From Campylobacterota bacterium (lineage in GTDB: Bacteria; Babelota; Babeliae; Babelales; RVW-14): a stretch of DNA of 64,000 nt. This document shows positions 52,713 through 61,431 of this stretch, in pieces. The DNA lies in contig JACKCO010000003.1 in assembly GCA_020633995.1 (NCBI GenBank), positions 585,503-649,502 on the forward strand. Direction: 5' to 3'. The position numbers were made by a program, and so were the translations under genes. Every line of letters begins with the position of its first letter. Position 1 is the first letter of the stretch. The notes below the pieces were generated by a model. The model was given only the letters and a program-made list of their open reading frames with translations, searched no databases and was not told the origin of the DNA.

Positions 52713-53897
52713 ATGCCGTATTTTCGCTGTACAGCGATATATTGGATATCCATTGCTATGGGTATGAATGTAACTATTTGTTTAGCTCATAATGAAAGAA
52801 TAAATACAATGAGTAATTCGAACGTAAGACAAGACGTTGAAAAAAAATCATTTCCACAAGAGCTCCAAAGGCCGTTTTCGTACCATGAACATGACATAAG
52901 ATACGAAAATAAAAAAGCAGGGATAACGCTTGCGGGAACATTAACGCTACCTCAAGGTGACGGTCCCTTTCCTGTAGTCATATTGGTTGCTGGGTATGGA
53001 CCGCAAAACAGAAATGCAGAGATGATGGGGCATAAGCCGTTTCTTGTGCTAGCTGACCATCTGACAAAACGGGGAGTTGCTGTTTTGCGTTTTGATAAAC
53101 GCGGGGCAGGTATGTCAATGGGGCAGTACCAAGGTGCAACGAGTCGTGATTTTGCAGATGATGTGTGCGCAAGTATTGATTACCTTAAAACACGACCTGA
53201 AGTGGACGCAAGCAAAATAGGGCTTGCTGGTCATAGCGAAGGGGGCATGATAGCGTCCATGGTTACCGCAGAGCGTAGTGATCTGGCATTTTTGATATTA
53301 CTTGCAGGTGTTTGTAAGACTGATATTGACTATATGCTTGAGCAAGCTGCGTACAGGCTGCACCTTGACGGGGCGACAGATGAGCTTATTGCCCATGACA
53401 AAGAGGTTCGTAGGCAAATGTTGACTGTTGTTTTAGAAGAGTCTAATGCAGACCTTGCTGAGGAAAAGCTCAATGCAATATTTGAAAGATATTGGAAGAA
53501 TCTATCTCAGCAGCAGCAAAAAGAATCTGAAAAGATTATGTTTGTGATTAGTGAGAAAAACGCTAAGGCCATGATCAAGGTATTCAATGGGGCTTGGTAT
53601 CGCTATTTCCTGACATGTAAGCCTGCTGAAATGTTTGAAAGCATTTCGGTACCAGTGTTGGCCATTAATGGGAGTCGTGATGCTATCATATCATCGCACC
53701 TCGTGTTGCCCACGCTCAGGGAAAGCTTTGCTAAAGGTGGAAATAGTGATTGTACTATTTCCGAGCTGCCAAATCTTAATCATATGTTTCAGACATGTCA
53801 GATAGGTTCAATGGCAGAGTATGCAACGCTTAAGGAGACCATGGCTCCGTTAGCGCTCGATACTATTGCTGATTGGATTACAGATCGTTTTTGTTAG
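52713..53897 (+). CDS. Alpha/beta hydrolase (Ser nucleophile); start uncertain
   Basis: GLAGHSEGG nucleophile elbow and a C-terminal LPNLNHMF His region. Confidence 0.75.
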   Translation: MPYFRCTAIYWISIAMGMNVTICLAHNERINTMSNSNVRQDVEKKSFPQELQRPFSYHEHDIRYENKKAGITLAGTLTLPQGDGPFPVVILVAGYGPQNRNAEMMGHKPFLVLADHLTKRGVAVLRFDKRGAGMSMGQYQGATSRDFADDVCASIDYLKTRPEVDASKIGLAGHSEGGMIASMVTAERSDLAFLILLAGVCKTDIDYMLEQAAYRLHLDGATDELIAHDKEVRRQMLTVVLEESNADLAEEKLNAIFERYWKNLSQQQQKESEKIMFVISEKNAKAMIKVFNGAWYRYFLTCKPAEMFESISVPVLAINGSRDAIISSHLVLPTLRESFAKGGNSDCTISELPNLNHMFQTCQIGSMAEYATLKETMAPLALDTIADWITDRFC

Positions 53898-53977
53898 GAC
53901 CATAAAGTACTTTGATACGGAGGGAGGGAAACCTCTCTCCATTGTTTTGATAGCGCTTGAAGTTAGGAGCTTAGGAC

Positions 53978-54832
53978 ATGAAAAAAGAAATCGATTTTAT
54001 CAATGTAAAGTCTGAAGCAAGGATAACTGAACAAGTACATGAATCTCTTGGTACAATCAAGCAGATTTTAGGGCAAGATTTACTAGGAGTATATCTATAC
54101 GGATCATCCATAGTAGGTGGTCTTGAAAAGTATAGTGACATTGATTTATTTATTGTCTGCAATAGAGCTACAACTCATGAAGAAAAAGTTATGCTTGTGC
54201 AATCTTTGCTTAAGATTTCTGGTATATACATGAAGGGTAAGAAGCTACCTATTGAGATGACGATAGTTGAAAAAGCTGAAGTTAATCCCTGGCGTTATCC
54301 CCCTCGATTTGATTTTCAATATGGCGAGTGGTTACGAGAGGAATTTGAGGCCGGTAATATGGAGCCATGGCCAGATAAAAAAATGCCAGATCTTGCGTTG
54401 CTCATTACGCAAGTATTGTTAGCCAGCAATACATTAGCTGGGGTTGAGCCAGACCAAGTACTATGCAAAGTGCCGTATAAAGATTTTATGGCCGCCATAG
54501 CCGATGCATTACCCAACTTAATGGTGGAGCTTGATGGTGATATTCGTAATGTGTTGCTAACGTTTGCTCGAATCTGGAGTACCGTGGTAACTGACCAAAT
54601 TCGTTGCAAACCAGCAGCTGCAGATTGGGCCCTTGAGCGGCTGCCTCAAAAATATCGTCCGGTCATTGAACGGGCAAGATTGATTTGCAAAGGAGAGGAA
54701 AAAGAACGTTGGGATGACGTACTTCCGCTCGTGAAACCCTGTGCTGAGTTTATGTTAGGTCAAGCAAAGAATAGGGTTGCTGAAATTATGTTGTCTGACA
54801 ATTTTAATAGGATTATTGAGATTGCCTTATGA
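53978..54832 (+). CDS. Aminoglycoside nucleotidyltransferase ANT(3'')/AadA-like
   Basis: Colinear with AadA (from memory): LLGVYLYGSSIVGGLEKYSDIDLFIV, NPWRYPPRFDFQYGEW, NVLLTFARIWSTVVTDQI..K..AADWALERLPQKYRPVIERAR. RBS aggag. Confidence 0.85.
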   Translation: MKKEIDFINVKSEARITEQVHESLGTIKQILGQDLLGVYLYGSSIVGGLEKYSDIDLFIVCNRATTHEEKVMLVQSLLKISGIYMKGKKLPIEMTIVEKAEVNPWRYPPRFDFQYGEWLREEFEAGNMEPWPDKKMPDLALLITQVLLASNTLAGVEPDQVLCKVPYKDFMAAIADALPNLMVELDGDIRNVLLTFARIWSTVVTDQIRCKPAAADWALERLPQKYRPVIERARLICKGEEKERWDDVLPLVKPCAEFMLGQAKNRVAEIMLSDNFNRIIEIAL

Positions 54833-54965
54833 TTGTAGGCTTTTTAGTGCCTTTGTGACAGTGGCTTGAGTATTTGTTTTTGCAAAGTGGGTGACAGGAC
54901 GTTGTCAATAATGGTACTTTTCATTATGCGATCAGTATGATTTTAAGTTTAAAAGAGGACAGACC

Positions 54966-55415
54966 ATGAGTGAGCAGATTATTTTACGTGCTCGAGCGTT
55001 GATTGTCGACAATGGACATGTGCTTTTGACTCGTGCACACAAGCAGCCAAGTTATACGTATTTACTTGGGGGTAAGGTTGAGTACGGCGAGCCAATCATG
55101 ACCGCGCTTGCGCGTGAGCTGGGTGAAGAGATGGGGATTCATGCTCATATCGGTAAGTTTATAGGGTGCATGGAGCATAGCTGGAATGTTGATAGTCAGT
55201 TGGTGCATGAAATCAACTTTATTTTCCATGTAATAGGTGATAATCTTACGAGTCAACAGACCCCTCAGTCGCAGGAAGAGCACATAAGCTTTGAATGGGT
55301 CGCTTTTGATCAATTAAAGGAAGCAAATATTTTGCCAAAGACGTTGGCGACGTATGTGCCTGTATGGGCAGAGCATAAAGATTACGACTATTTTATGAGC
55401 AAAATGAAGGCATGA
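54966..55415 (+). CDS. Nudix hydrolase
   Basis: Nudix box GGKVEYGEPIMTALARELGEEMGI. Its stop overlaps the next ATG (ATGA). Confidence 0.85.
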   Translation: MSEQIILRARALIVDNGHVLLTRAHKQPSYTYLLGGKVEYGEPIMTALARELGEEMGIHAHIGKFIGCMEHSWNVDSQLVHEINFIFHVIGDNLTSQQTPQSQEEHISFEWVAFDQLKEANILPKTLATYVPVWAEHKDYDYFMSKMKA

Positions 55416-55918
55416 AGATAGCTATTTTTGGTTGTCCAGGTAGTGGCAAGAGTACTTTTGCAACAAAGATTTCAAAAAAGTTGAGTATTCCGGTTTACCA
55501 TTTGGATAAGTATTTTTTTAAGCATGATTGGCAAGAAGTGGGGTTAGAGAATTTTGTGAAGCGGCAGAAGGAGATTCTAGCCTTAGACAGGTGGATTGTT
55601 GAGGGGTGTAGCATGCGTTCGCTAGAGTTGCGCTTTCAGGCTGCAGATCTATTAATCTGCCTAGACATTACCCGTCGAGTTTGTTTGTGGCGCGTAGTTA
55701 AGCGTTGGTGGGCGGGACGTACAACAGATTGTAAGCCAGAAAACTGTCCAGAGAAGCTTCGCCTTAGGTTTTTGAAGTATGTTTGGAATTACCGAAAGCG
55801 TTATCGCCCAGATTCTAGTTACATCCAAAATTTGGCACAAAAGTATCCAAACAAAAAGCTTCTTGTTTTTACGTCAAATAAGTTAGCCGAGCAGTGGCTT
55901 GAGGATGTGACTATTTAA
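55412..55918 (+). CDS. P-loop NTPase/kinase, topology-modulation-protein (FlaR)-like
   Basis: IAIFGCPGSGKSTFATKISKKLSIPVYHLDKYFF followed by WIVEG...LICLD..R.VCLWRVVKR. Confidence 0.8.
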   Translation: MKIAIFGCPGSGKSTFATKISKKLSIPVYHLDKYFFKHDWQEVGLENFVKRQKEILALDRWIVEGCSMRSLELRFQAADLLICLDITRRVCLWRVVKRWWAGRTTDCKPENCPEKLRLRFLKYVWNYRKRYRPDSSYIQNLAQKYPNKKLLVFTSNKLAEQWLEDVTI

Positions 55919-55923
55919 ATAAT

Positions 55924-56847
55924 TTACGTCCACAAGAACTCGAAGTTATCGTGCATATTTTTGAAAAAGTCATCGGTTGAGAGATCAAACTCTTTTTTAG
56001 TTTTGTTGTATGAGCCGGCAACAAGCAGTGTTGTTATCCCTGCAAGAAAAATAGGCAAAGCAAGAGATATTGATGCTTTTTTTCGATCATAATAAAAAAG
56101 CGGACTAATGTGCTTTTGAAGTAGACGAAGTTTTGTCATTATTTCTTCTTTTTGCTGATTGAGTGTCAGAAGCGTTTCATCCTTAATATGTTTGTCAAGA
56201 GAGGCATTACTGAGTGTGTAAATATCTTCAAGAATGCGATCAAGTTCTGCTTGTAGTTGAGTAATACGTTTTTTACGTTCCTCACTATCTTCCGGGCTAT
56301 ACTCAACAGGTTCATGGAGTTGCGGCAGTGGTATACTGGATTGTTCTAGTCGTGGTCTGTATGGTTTCCAGCGGATATAGGGAAGGTATAAATTATCATA
56401 AAAAGCAATCTTGTAAGGAGAATGTGTAAAAATAAAAAAGTATATGCTCCATGCAAGAAATGCATACAGAGCGTGCGTGTAGGGCAAAAGGTGCTTTTGA
56501 TTTAGTTGAATAAGTAGTTTTTTAGTGTATGGAGGCAGCTTCTGAAGTGGTTGTATATTTTTTTGGCCATCGTAGTTGTTGGTCATGGGGATATGCTTTT
56601 TAAGTCGATCGACCAATGCTATGTATTGTTCTTTGCTAAACTGTTGGTACAGGTGAGATGTTTTTTTTGTGTTGTATTCTTCTCTTACTATATCATCGTC
56701 TTGAGCTAATTTGTAAAGCTCCAAAAGCTTGTTTTGCTTGCTAGGCTTGTTGTTCAATCCAGAAGTGGGTGACTGACTTGCCTGCATGCCAACAGTTAAC
56801 TTGAGTAATACAATGAGTGTGATAGCTACGTAACCCTTGAGTTTCAC
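55924..56847 (-). CDS. Hypothetical membrane protein with a coiled-coil segment and signal peptide
   Basis: Signal-like N-terminus, two internal TM segments and a heptad-like region RKKRITQLQAELDRILEDIY. Confidence 0.5.
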   Translation of the reverse strand: MKLKGYVAITLIVLLKLTVGMQASQSPTSGLNNKPSKQNKLLELYKLAQDDDIVREEYNTKKTSHLYQQFSKEQYIALVDRLKKHIPMTNNYDGQKNIQPLQKLPPYTKKLLIQLNQKHLLPYTHALYAFLAWSIYFFIFTHSPYKIAFYDNLYLPYIRWKPYRPRLEQSSIPLPQLHEPVEYSPEDSEERKKRITQLQAELDRILEDIYTLSNASLDKHIKDETLLTLNQQKEEIMTKLRLLQKHISPLFYYDRKKASISLALPIFLAGITTLLVAGSYNKTKKEFDLSTDDFFKNMHDNFEFLWT

Positions 56848-57071
56848 ACGACCCTTTTAATATTCTGTTATACAATTTGTTATAATATTTATCTGTTTAA
56901 ATGTGACTGTGATTATACTTAAAATGTGCTTCAAAGACAAGTGATGCAAAGTTCTTGCTGATTAGTAAAGCCTTTTTAAATTCTTGTATTCTTTGTGTAA
57001 TTATTGATATCTTAACGGTGTCTTTTGCAGGGCTGATACAATGATTGATTTAAAGAAGAAGGGGATGTCTC

Positions 57072-57830
57072 ATGAAGCAAAATGTCTTGTATCTTATGTT
57101 TATTACCTTGTCGGTAAGTTTTTTTGTGGGATCTCCTTTTGGAGAAGCCGATCGAGGTAATGTTGTTTCAGATCCACCATTTGTTAGCCTTGAGCCTGGA
57201 GAGCAAAGTTTTCAAGCTGTTATTTATGATGAGGAAACAGCAACTATTATTAAGGATTTGAGCTTTTCTGGTCAGACGAGTATTGATGGGGTTAAGCATG
57301 AAGATAATGATTCAAATACTAAGCTTGAATTATCCAAAATTTTAGAAATTCATGTTGAGGATTCCCATTTTCCTAGTGAACGATATCGCGATGGCGATTG
57401 GGCGAAAGTAACTGTCAGAACAACGACAGATAAGGAAATTGCGAACTTGCTGATACCTAGAAGAGTGAGTATTTGTGGGATTGATGCAAAAACAAATCTC
57501 AATAAATCATGGTTTTTAAGTAATATAGATAGGATTGAAAAGATCACAACCGAACCATTTAAACTTCCTGAAGAACCTGCAAAAGTAATTAAAGAAGCAG
57601 TTGTTGATAAGGTAGAGGATAGTTCCAGCAGTAATCAAAATGCTGTTGAAATCGTTATAAAAAAAGAGGAACGCCCCATGCCCTTGAAGAGGGGTATCAC
57701 ACTTGCAGAGCGCGAGCGATTTCATGGTGATGAACATAAGGGGGTTATGGAATCGTTTACAGATATTCTTAGGGCTATTGTTGCTTTTATAAAAGCAGTT
57801 TTTGCATTTTTTAGACGCCTTCTGTGGTAA
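57072..57830 (+). CDS. Hypothetical secreted protein with a hydrophobic C-terminal tail
   Basis: Signal MKQNVLYLMFITLSVSFFVGSPFG and C-terminal ILRAIVAFIKAVFAFFRRLLW. Confidence 0.5.
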   Translation: MKQNVLYLMFITLSVSFFVGSPFGEADRGNVVSDPPFVSLEPGEQSFQAVIYDEETATIIKDLSFSGQTSIDGVKHEDNDSNTKLELSKILEIHVEDSHFPSERYRDGDWAKVTVRTTTDKEIANLLIPRRVSICGIDAKTNLNKSWFLSNIDRIEKITTEPFKLPEEPAKVIKEAVVDKVEDSSSSNQNAVEIVIKKEERPMPLKRGITLAERERFHGDEHKGVMESFTDILRAIVAFIKAVFAFFRRLLW

Positions 57831-57833
57831 GGA

Positions 57834-58037
57834 ATGCTCTTGAAAATGATGACGGCTAAGCAAAAGTTTTTGTTTGTGATCAAGAAAATTGCTGGAATTT
57901 TTCTTATTATTGCAGGAATTTTTGGTTTGTTTTTGCCATTTTTACAAGGTATAGCAATGATAGCGTCTGGTATTTTTTTGCTTGATGGGCGTATATTTAG
58001 CGCATTGGCAAAGAAGATCAAGGGGCTAAAGCCGTAG
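57834..58037 (+). CDS. Small two-TM membrane protein
   Basis: IAGIFLIIAGIFGLFLPFLQGIAMIASGIFLL forms a hydrophobic hairpin. Follows the upstream stop by 4 nt. Confidence 0.4.
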   Translation: MLLKMMTAKQKFLFVIKKIAGIFLIIAGIFGLFLPFLQGIAMIASGIFLLDGRIFSALAKKIKGLKP

Positions 58038-58044
58038 TGTCATG

Positions 58045-58215
58045 CTACTGCTTCAGGTGTTTAAGTATTTGAGCATAAATAGAGTCTGATTCGATCTTTA
58101 GACCAAAATATGGTCCTAAAAATTTAGCCAACATAAAAAAGATAAAAATAGTTGCAATGAGCGAAAGGCTAAGTAAAAAAAAGGCCTGAACAAAAAAAGT
58201 TATCATTACATTCAT
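58045..58215 (-). CDS. Candidate 56-aa membrane protein coupled to the upstream lipoprotein gene
   Basis: Its ATG overlaps the lipoprotein TGA (ATGA at 58212-58215). MNVMITFFVQAFFLLSLSLIATIFIFFMLAKFLGPYFGLKIESDSIYAQILKHLKQ. Below the ORF-track cutoff. Confidence 0.35.
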   Translation of the reverse strand: MNVMITFFVQAFFLLSLSLIATIFIFFMLAKFLGPYFGLKIESDSIYAQILKHLKQ

Positions 58216-58748
58216 GCTGTTAAGTCTCCTCGTCCTTTAATAAAAACGTAGATGCTTGACGGTGTGTCATTATGCTCCTGCCTGAGAGATATGACACATT
58301 GTTTTGTAGGTTTTTGACAAGCGAAAAGGCCTTCCTGTGTACTTGAAAAATCAGAGATGTCCCAACCTGCAAGTTCCATTTCGCGCAAGTAAAATGTTTT
58401 GAGTTGTTTTAATTTCTGCTTACCAGAGTACTGTAAAAAAGTAGTAGAAATATCTATCTCGGCGACAGAGTCTTCCTCCAGTTTCGTGGTAGGAAAGCAC
58501 GACGATGAGTATGAAGATGAGGTGGCATGCAGTTCAAAACCTGTCGGAACAGGTATGTCAAAATGCTTTGCTTGAATTATTTGAGCGTCGAATAAAGGAG
58601 CCTGCAAGGCGGCTTGTGTCACTTCCCGATACGATAAGTTACAGGGCGTTTTTTTTTCTTTACTGCATGATGAAAGCAAAAAACAAGATATAGTCAAAAA
58701 AAATTTCGCCAAGCGACAAACGACTTGCGTACTCCTTTTTCCCCGCAT
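58212..58748 (-). CDS. Lipoprotein (hypothetical)
   Basis: Lipobox FLLSSC after a basic and hydrophobic N-terminus. Confidence 0.65.
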   Translation of the reverse strand: MRGKRSTQVVCRLAKFFLTISCFLLSSCSKEKKTPCNLSYREVTQAALQAPLFDAQIIQAKHFDIPVPTGFELHATSSSYSSSCFPTTKLEEDSVAEIDISTTFLQYSGKQKLKQLKTFYLREMELAGWDISDFSSTQEGLFACQKPTKQCVISLRQEHNDTPSSIYVFIKGRGDLTA

Positions 58749-58769
58749 AAAGCACCATATGCTTTAAGG

Positions 58770-59198
58770 CTATTCTGCTGCAGCTTGAGTAGTAGGGTTT
58801 TTTTGATTTTGCTCGCTTGAAGCTGCTTTATCTTTAAAGATAATTTTTTCTTCGACTTTAGCTGCTTTGCCTAAGCGATCACGTAGGTAGTAAAGTTTTG
58901 CTCTACGCACAACACCTTGTTTAACAAGCGTAATATCTTTGATGTTTTTTGAGTAGTATGGGAAAATTTTTTCAACACCAATGTTGTTAGCACCCAGTTT
59001 GCGAACGGTAAACGTTGAGGAAATGCCCTTTTTATGCATGCTAATAACGTTGCCTGTGAACAGCTGTATACGTTCTTTGCCACCTTCTTTGACGATTTGA
59101 TCGACTTGGATGGTGTCACCAACTTTGAACTCAGGAAAATTACGGTCGTAAACACCGTGATCAAGGATTGTTTCTTTTGTTAATTTTTTTGCTTTCAT
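58770..59198 (-). CDS. rplS: 50S ribosomal protein L19 with a C-terminal extension
   Basis: FKVGDTIQV...ERIQLFTGNVISMHKKGISSTFTVRK...GVEKIFPYYS...VRRAKLYYLR. Confidence 0.95.
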   Translation of the reverse strand: MKAKKLTKETILDHGVYDRNFPEFKVGDTIQVDQIVKEGGKERIQLFTGNVISMHKKGISSTFTVRKLGANNIGVEKIFPYYSKNIKDITLVKQGVVRRAKLYYLRDRLGKAAKVEEKIIFKDKAASSEQNQKNPTTQAAAE

Positions 59199-59264
59199 GA
59201 TTGACCTTGCTTTAGTTTGTACACAAAAAATACTGCAATGTTTTCAAAAAAACTTGAGTTATTC

Positions 59265-59293
59265 AGTATATATTGCTTTTTCTTGCTTAGCAA
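59265..59293 (-). promoter_or_regulatory. Sigma70-like promoter candidate for rplS
   Basis: On the minus strand: TTGCTA - 17 nt - TATACT, about 65 nt upstream of the rplS ATG. Confidence 0.4.
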
Positions 59294-59335
59294 TACTTAA
59301 CATATTTCACGACTTTGTATTCCTATTAGTATTTT

Positions 59336-60691
59336 TTACATAGAAAGTTTTTTATTAAGTCCAAGCCAGCGGTCAAGTACAATAGCGATAGCAGCCCTAA
59401 CCGACAGGTGTCGATAATTACTCATGCCAGCAACAGGGGTGAGTAAGAAATCACTTTGTTCAAGTACTTCGTCTGCAAGGCCAAGCCCAGTGCCAAATAA
59501 AATGAGTACAGGCCTGTTATGCTGCCAAACAGTTCCCTGGCTGTGATAGTCAATCACTTGTCCGTGGCCATGGTATTTTGCGGATGTACTTATAATGAGC
59601 GGGGACTGACCTTCTTTTTGTCTGATGGTTTCAATGACATGGTCAAGGTTTGGAGAGGGAATAAGTTTTGCTACTGCGTCGTAACGACTCTTGTTATATT
59701 TTTTACCCTCTTCCGAATGCCAAAACTGCAAAAATGTTTGGAGTATTTTTTGTTGATCCTTTAAGCATGAAACGACAAAGTAATTTTCGATGCCATATGT
59801 TGCACATGAGCGAGCACCGTCATGGATGTCTAATGATGCAATTGATGTGTGCCCACTTTCATTGTCTTTGAGTCTAATTTGACTATGAAGCAGCGCAACA
59901 TAGTGGTTTGGAATTTGTTGTTTGCAAAGATCAGTTTGTGCGTCGGTTAAAGACTGAGTTCTCAACCAATCAAAACGGGTTAAGAGTGTTTTTTTACAGG
60001 CTTGCTCTTGGCGCCATTGATTGATTTTTTCATGATTGCCAGAACGTACGATGTCTGGGATTCGCTTTCCCTTCCACTCTACCGGCAGCCCATAATGAGG
60101 GTGGTCAAGGAATGGTCCCTTGAAAGATTCTTGTTCGACTGACTGCTCATTGCCTACAACGCCAGGAATGAGACGTAAAAGACCTTCAAGTAGCACTTGA
60201 GCTGGTAGGTCGCCTCCCATGAGTACGTAGTCTCCAATTGAGATGCTGGCATCAGCGTATTCTTGTTCAACCCGAGCATCGATGCCTTCATATCGAGCAC
60301 ACACCAAAATGAGGTGACCGTCAGGATTTTGAGCCATTGTTTCTAACGTCTTGCTCGTGTCTTGAGGTGTAATTTTTTCCGCAAATTTTTGTAGCATGTG
60401 TTGGTCAAGTCGTTGCCCCTGAGGAGAAAAGAAGATCTTAAATCCCGGACCATGCTCATCTTGTGCGTGATCGATAGCTAGTTGCAATAATTCAGGTTTA
60501 ATGATCATGCCTGGGCCTGGGCCGCAGGTTGGCTCGTCAATTCGTTCTTTTACAGGACAAAATTGCGACAGTTTGAGCAAGTTAAATTTGACAATGCCTG
60601 CATCAACAGCTCGAGCCACAAGGCTTGTGTTGATGAAAGATTCGTGTAGTTCTGGGAAGACAGAGATAATTGTAATTTTCATTGTATGCAT
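59336..60691 (-). CDS. trmD: tRNA (guanine37-N1)-methyltransferase TrmD fused to a second, TM1570-like SPOUT domain
   Basis: The N-terminal ~240 aa are TrmD (ISVFPE, LVCARYEGIDARV, SIGDYVLMGGDLPA, RSGNHEKI). The C-terminal ~200 aa have HYVALLH, SLDIHDGARSCATYG, ILFGTGLGL and YRHLSVRAAIAIVLDRW. Confidence 0.9.
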   Translation of the reverse strand: MHTMKITIISVFPELHESFINTSLVARAVDAGIVKFNLLKLSQFCPVKERIDEPTCGPGPGMIIKPELLQLAIDHAQDEHGPGFKIFFSPQGQRLDQHMLQKFAEKITPQDTSKTLETMAQNPDGHLILVCARYEGIDARVEQEYADASISIGDYVLMGGDLPAQVLLEGLLRLIPGVVGNEQSVEQESFKGPFLDHPHYGLPVEWKGKRIPDIVRSGNHEKINQWRQEQACKKTLLTRFDWLRTQSLTDAQTDLCKQQIPNHYVALLHSQIRLKDNESGHTSIASLDIHDGARSCATYGIENYFVVSCLKDQQKILQTFLQFWHSEEGKKYNKSRYDAVAKLIPSPNLDHVIETIRQKEGQSPLIISTSAKYHGHGQVIDYHSQGTVWQHNRPVLILFGTGLGLADEVLEQSDFLLTPVAGMSNYRHLSVRAAIAIVLDRWLGLNKKLSM

Positions 60692-60758
60692 TTTGAGTAA
60701 AAAAAGAGGCTGACAACGTCAGCCTCTTTAAAAAATGTTCTATTTATGTATTAGCTAC

Positions 60759-60998
60759 TTATTCAAGAATTTCAAGTACAGCACGCTTCTGCTCTTTTGA
60801 TGCTGCTGCATGAACAAGCGTTCTGATAGAACGAGCGGTTCTACCTTCTTTGCCGATAACTTTTCCTAAGTCTTCTGGGGAAACGTGCAGCTCAATTATA
60901 ATTGACTGTTCTCCGCTTACTTCTGTTACAGATACTTGCTCTGGCCTATCAACAAGCTTTTTTACAATAAACTCAACAAGTTCCTTAAGTACGCTCAT
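60759..60998 (-). CDS. KH-domain RNA-binding protein (YlqC/UPF0109)
   Basis: [19 protein letters not shown] GxxG KH motif. About 79 aa, positioned next to rpsP. Confidence 0.85.
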   Translation of the reverse strand: MSVLKELVEFIVKKLVDRPEQVSVTEVSGEQSIIIELHVSPEDLGKVIGKEGRTARSIRTLVHAAASKEQKRAVLEILE

Positions 60999-61078
60999 TA
61001 TTTTCTCCTAATGGAATAGTCATGTAACGACGCTGAAAAAAGAGATGAGTTTGTTTTAGGTGCTAAAAAGGTCTACGT

Positions 61079-61339
61079 TTAGCTTGCGGCAGTTGTCTTG
61101 CCAGCTGCTTTATGTGATTTAAGCAACTTTGCTACAGTCTGTGAGCATTGTGCTCCGTTTGACACCCATTTTTGAATACCTTCAGTATTCAACTGAACGA
61201 TTTCATGTTTAATTGGGTCGTAGGTGCCCAGGTTATCAAGAAACGCACCATCACGTTTTTTACGTGAGTCCATGGCAACGATTCGCCAATAAGGACGATT
61301 TTTTCTGCCTAAGCGACTGAGCCGAATTGTAACAGCCAT
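61079..61339 (-). CDS. rpsP: 30S ribosomal protein S16
   Basis: MAVTIRLSRLGRKNRPYWRIVAMDSRKKRDGAFLDNLGTYDP. Confidence 0.95.
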   Translation of the reverse strand: MAVTIRLSRLGRKNRPYWRIVAMDSRKKRDGAFLDNLGTYDPIKHEIVQLNTEGIQKWVSNGAQCSQTVAKLLKSHKAAGKTTAAS

Positions 61340-61431
61340 TCTTTGTTATCCTTTCCGTAGTCTCTCTTCTGTATTTCGTTTATCGAAAGTGTATTTCCCA
61401 AAAACAGAATTTATTATATACGCTCGATTTG

